Below, one piece after another: positions 63,460-64,000 of a stretch of DNA of 64,000 nucleotides. The notes beneath the pieces are model-generated. The model was given only the letters and a program-made list of their open reading frames with translations. It did no database searches and had not been told where the DNA came from. The stretch comes from Mytilus edulis (taxonomy: Eukaryota): NCBI RefSeq assembly GCF_963676685.1, contig NC_092351.1, positions 36,208,001 to 36,272,000 of the forward strand, given 5' to 3'. Position 1 is the stretch's first letter; each line of letters begins with the position of its first letter. The position numbers were made by a program, and so were the translations under genes.

Positions 63460-64000
63460 GTACGCATTTGTTATTTTACTTTTCTAAAGCGTAAATAGAT
63501 AACTTTAATCGCGATATTCAATATAAACTTATAAAATATGAATCGTTCTTAGTGTAATTTTCATTTTGCAAATCAAATCATTGTATCAAAACTGAACGTA
63601 TGATATCCCTAAGAAATTGCAGACATTTTATTTTGGCTGTTCTGTTAAGAATCGTTTTTGATTCAGAATATTGAGGTACCTTTTGGCAAAGGCAATTTTT
63701 CATAGAATAGGATTTTGTCGTATCTTCTATATACTATTTTTTGATAATAATCTCTTCTTTTTTTTCTAAAGTGTCAATTCTGAAATGTTTTTGTGAGATT
63801 TTGTATCCGCTTATTGTACAATTGGCAAGAAAACAATTCAGATAGTAAGGTGTCTATTCTAAGTTTACCAATAGCAATACACAAAGAACATTGAGAACAA
63901 CAAAATTCAATCTCAGATCCTAACTGCAATTCACACACAATATTAACAATCCAGTTTTATACAGAAATTTATATACTTGTGTAAAAGTATGCTGTCGTCT

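Noticed and set aside
1-64000. tRNA, rRNA or prokaryotic/phage systems
   Set aside because: No cloverleaf, rRNA motif, operon structure or viral hallmark gene recognised. The window is intron-rich animal DNA.

Overview
AT-rich eukaryotic genomic DNA with spliced genes and many interspersed repeats. The repeat families look like those of a bivalve mollusc, probably Mytilus (inference from recognition, not a search). Main content: (1) a complete multi-exon LAMTOR1/p18 gene (1382-14508, +), head-to-head with the probable first exon of a mitochondrially targeted protein, with nested transposons in intron 1 and an apparent extra Cys4/Pro-rich cassette exon; (2) an uncharacterised gene at 21597-25174 (+) that splices in frame into a ~931-aa protein with two tandem permuted papain-like (PPPDE/LRAT-type, His...Glu...Cys) domains, three C2H2 fingers (two inserted inside domain 1) and a multipass membrane C-terminus, plus three decayed paralogues in the window (17.3-19.3 kb +; 53.1-54.9 kb - and 55.3-57.8 kb -); (3) a young 5'-truncated L1/Tx1-type LINE with TSD and poly(A); (4) a kinase-less gene with two tandem PAK-type CRIB motifs followed by coiled coil (33040-40929, +); (5) orphan exons at 46-52 kb and 59-63 kb; (6) many MITEs, a hAT derivative and a Helentron-associated satellite-bearing element. 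The best candidate for an undescribed system is the tandem-peptidase/zinc-finger/membrane gene family. All gene models and alignments were made by eye.
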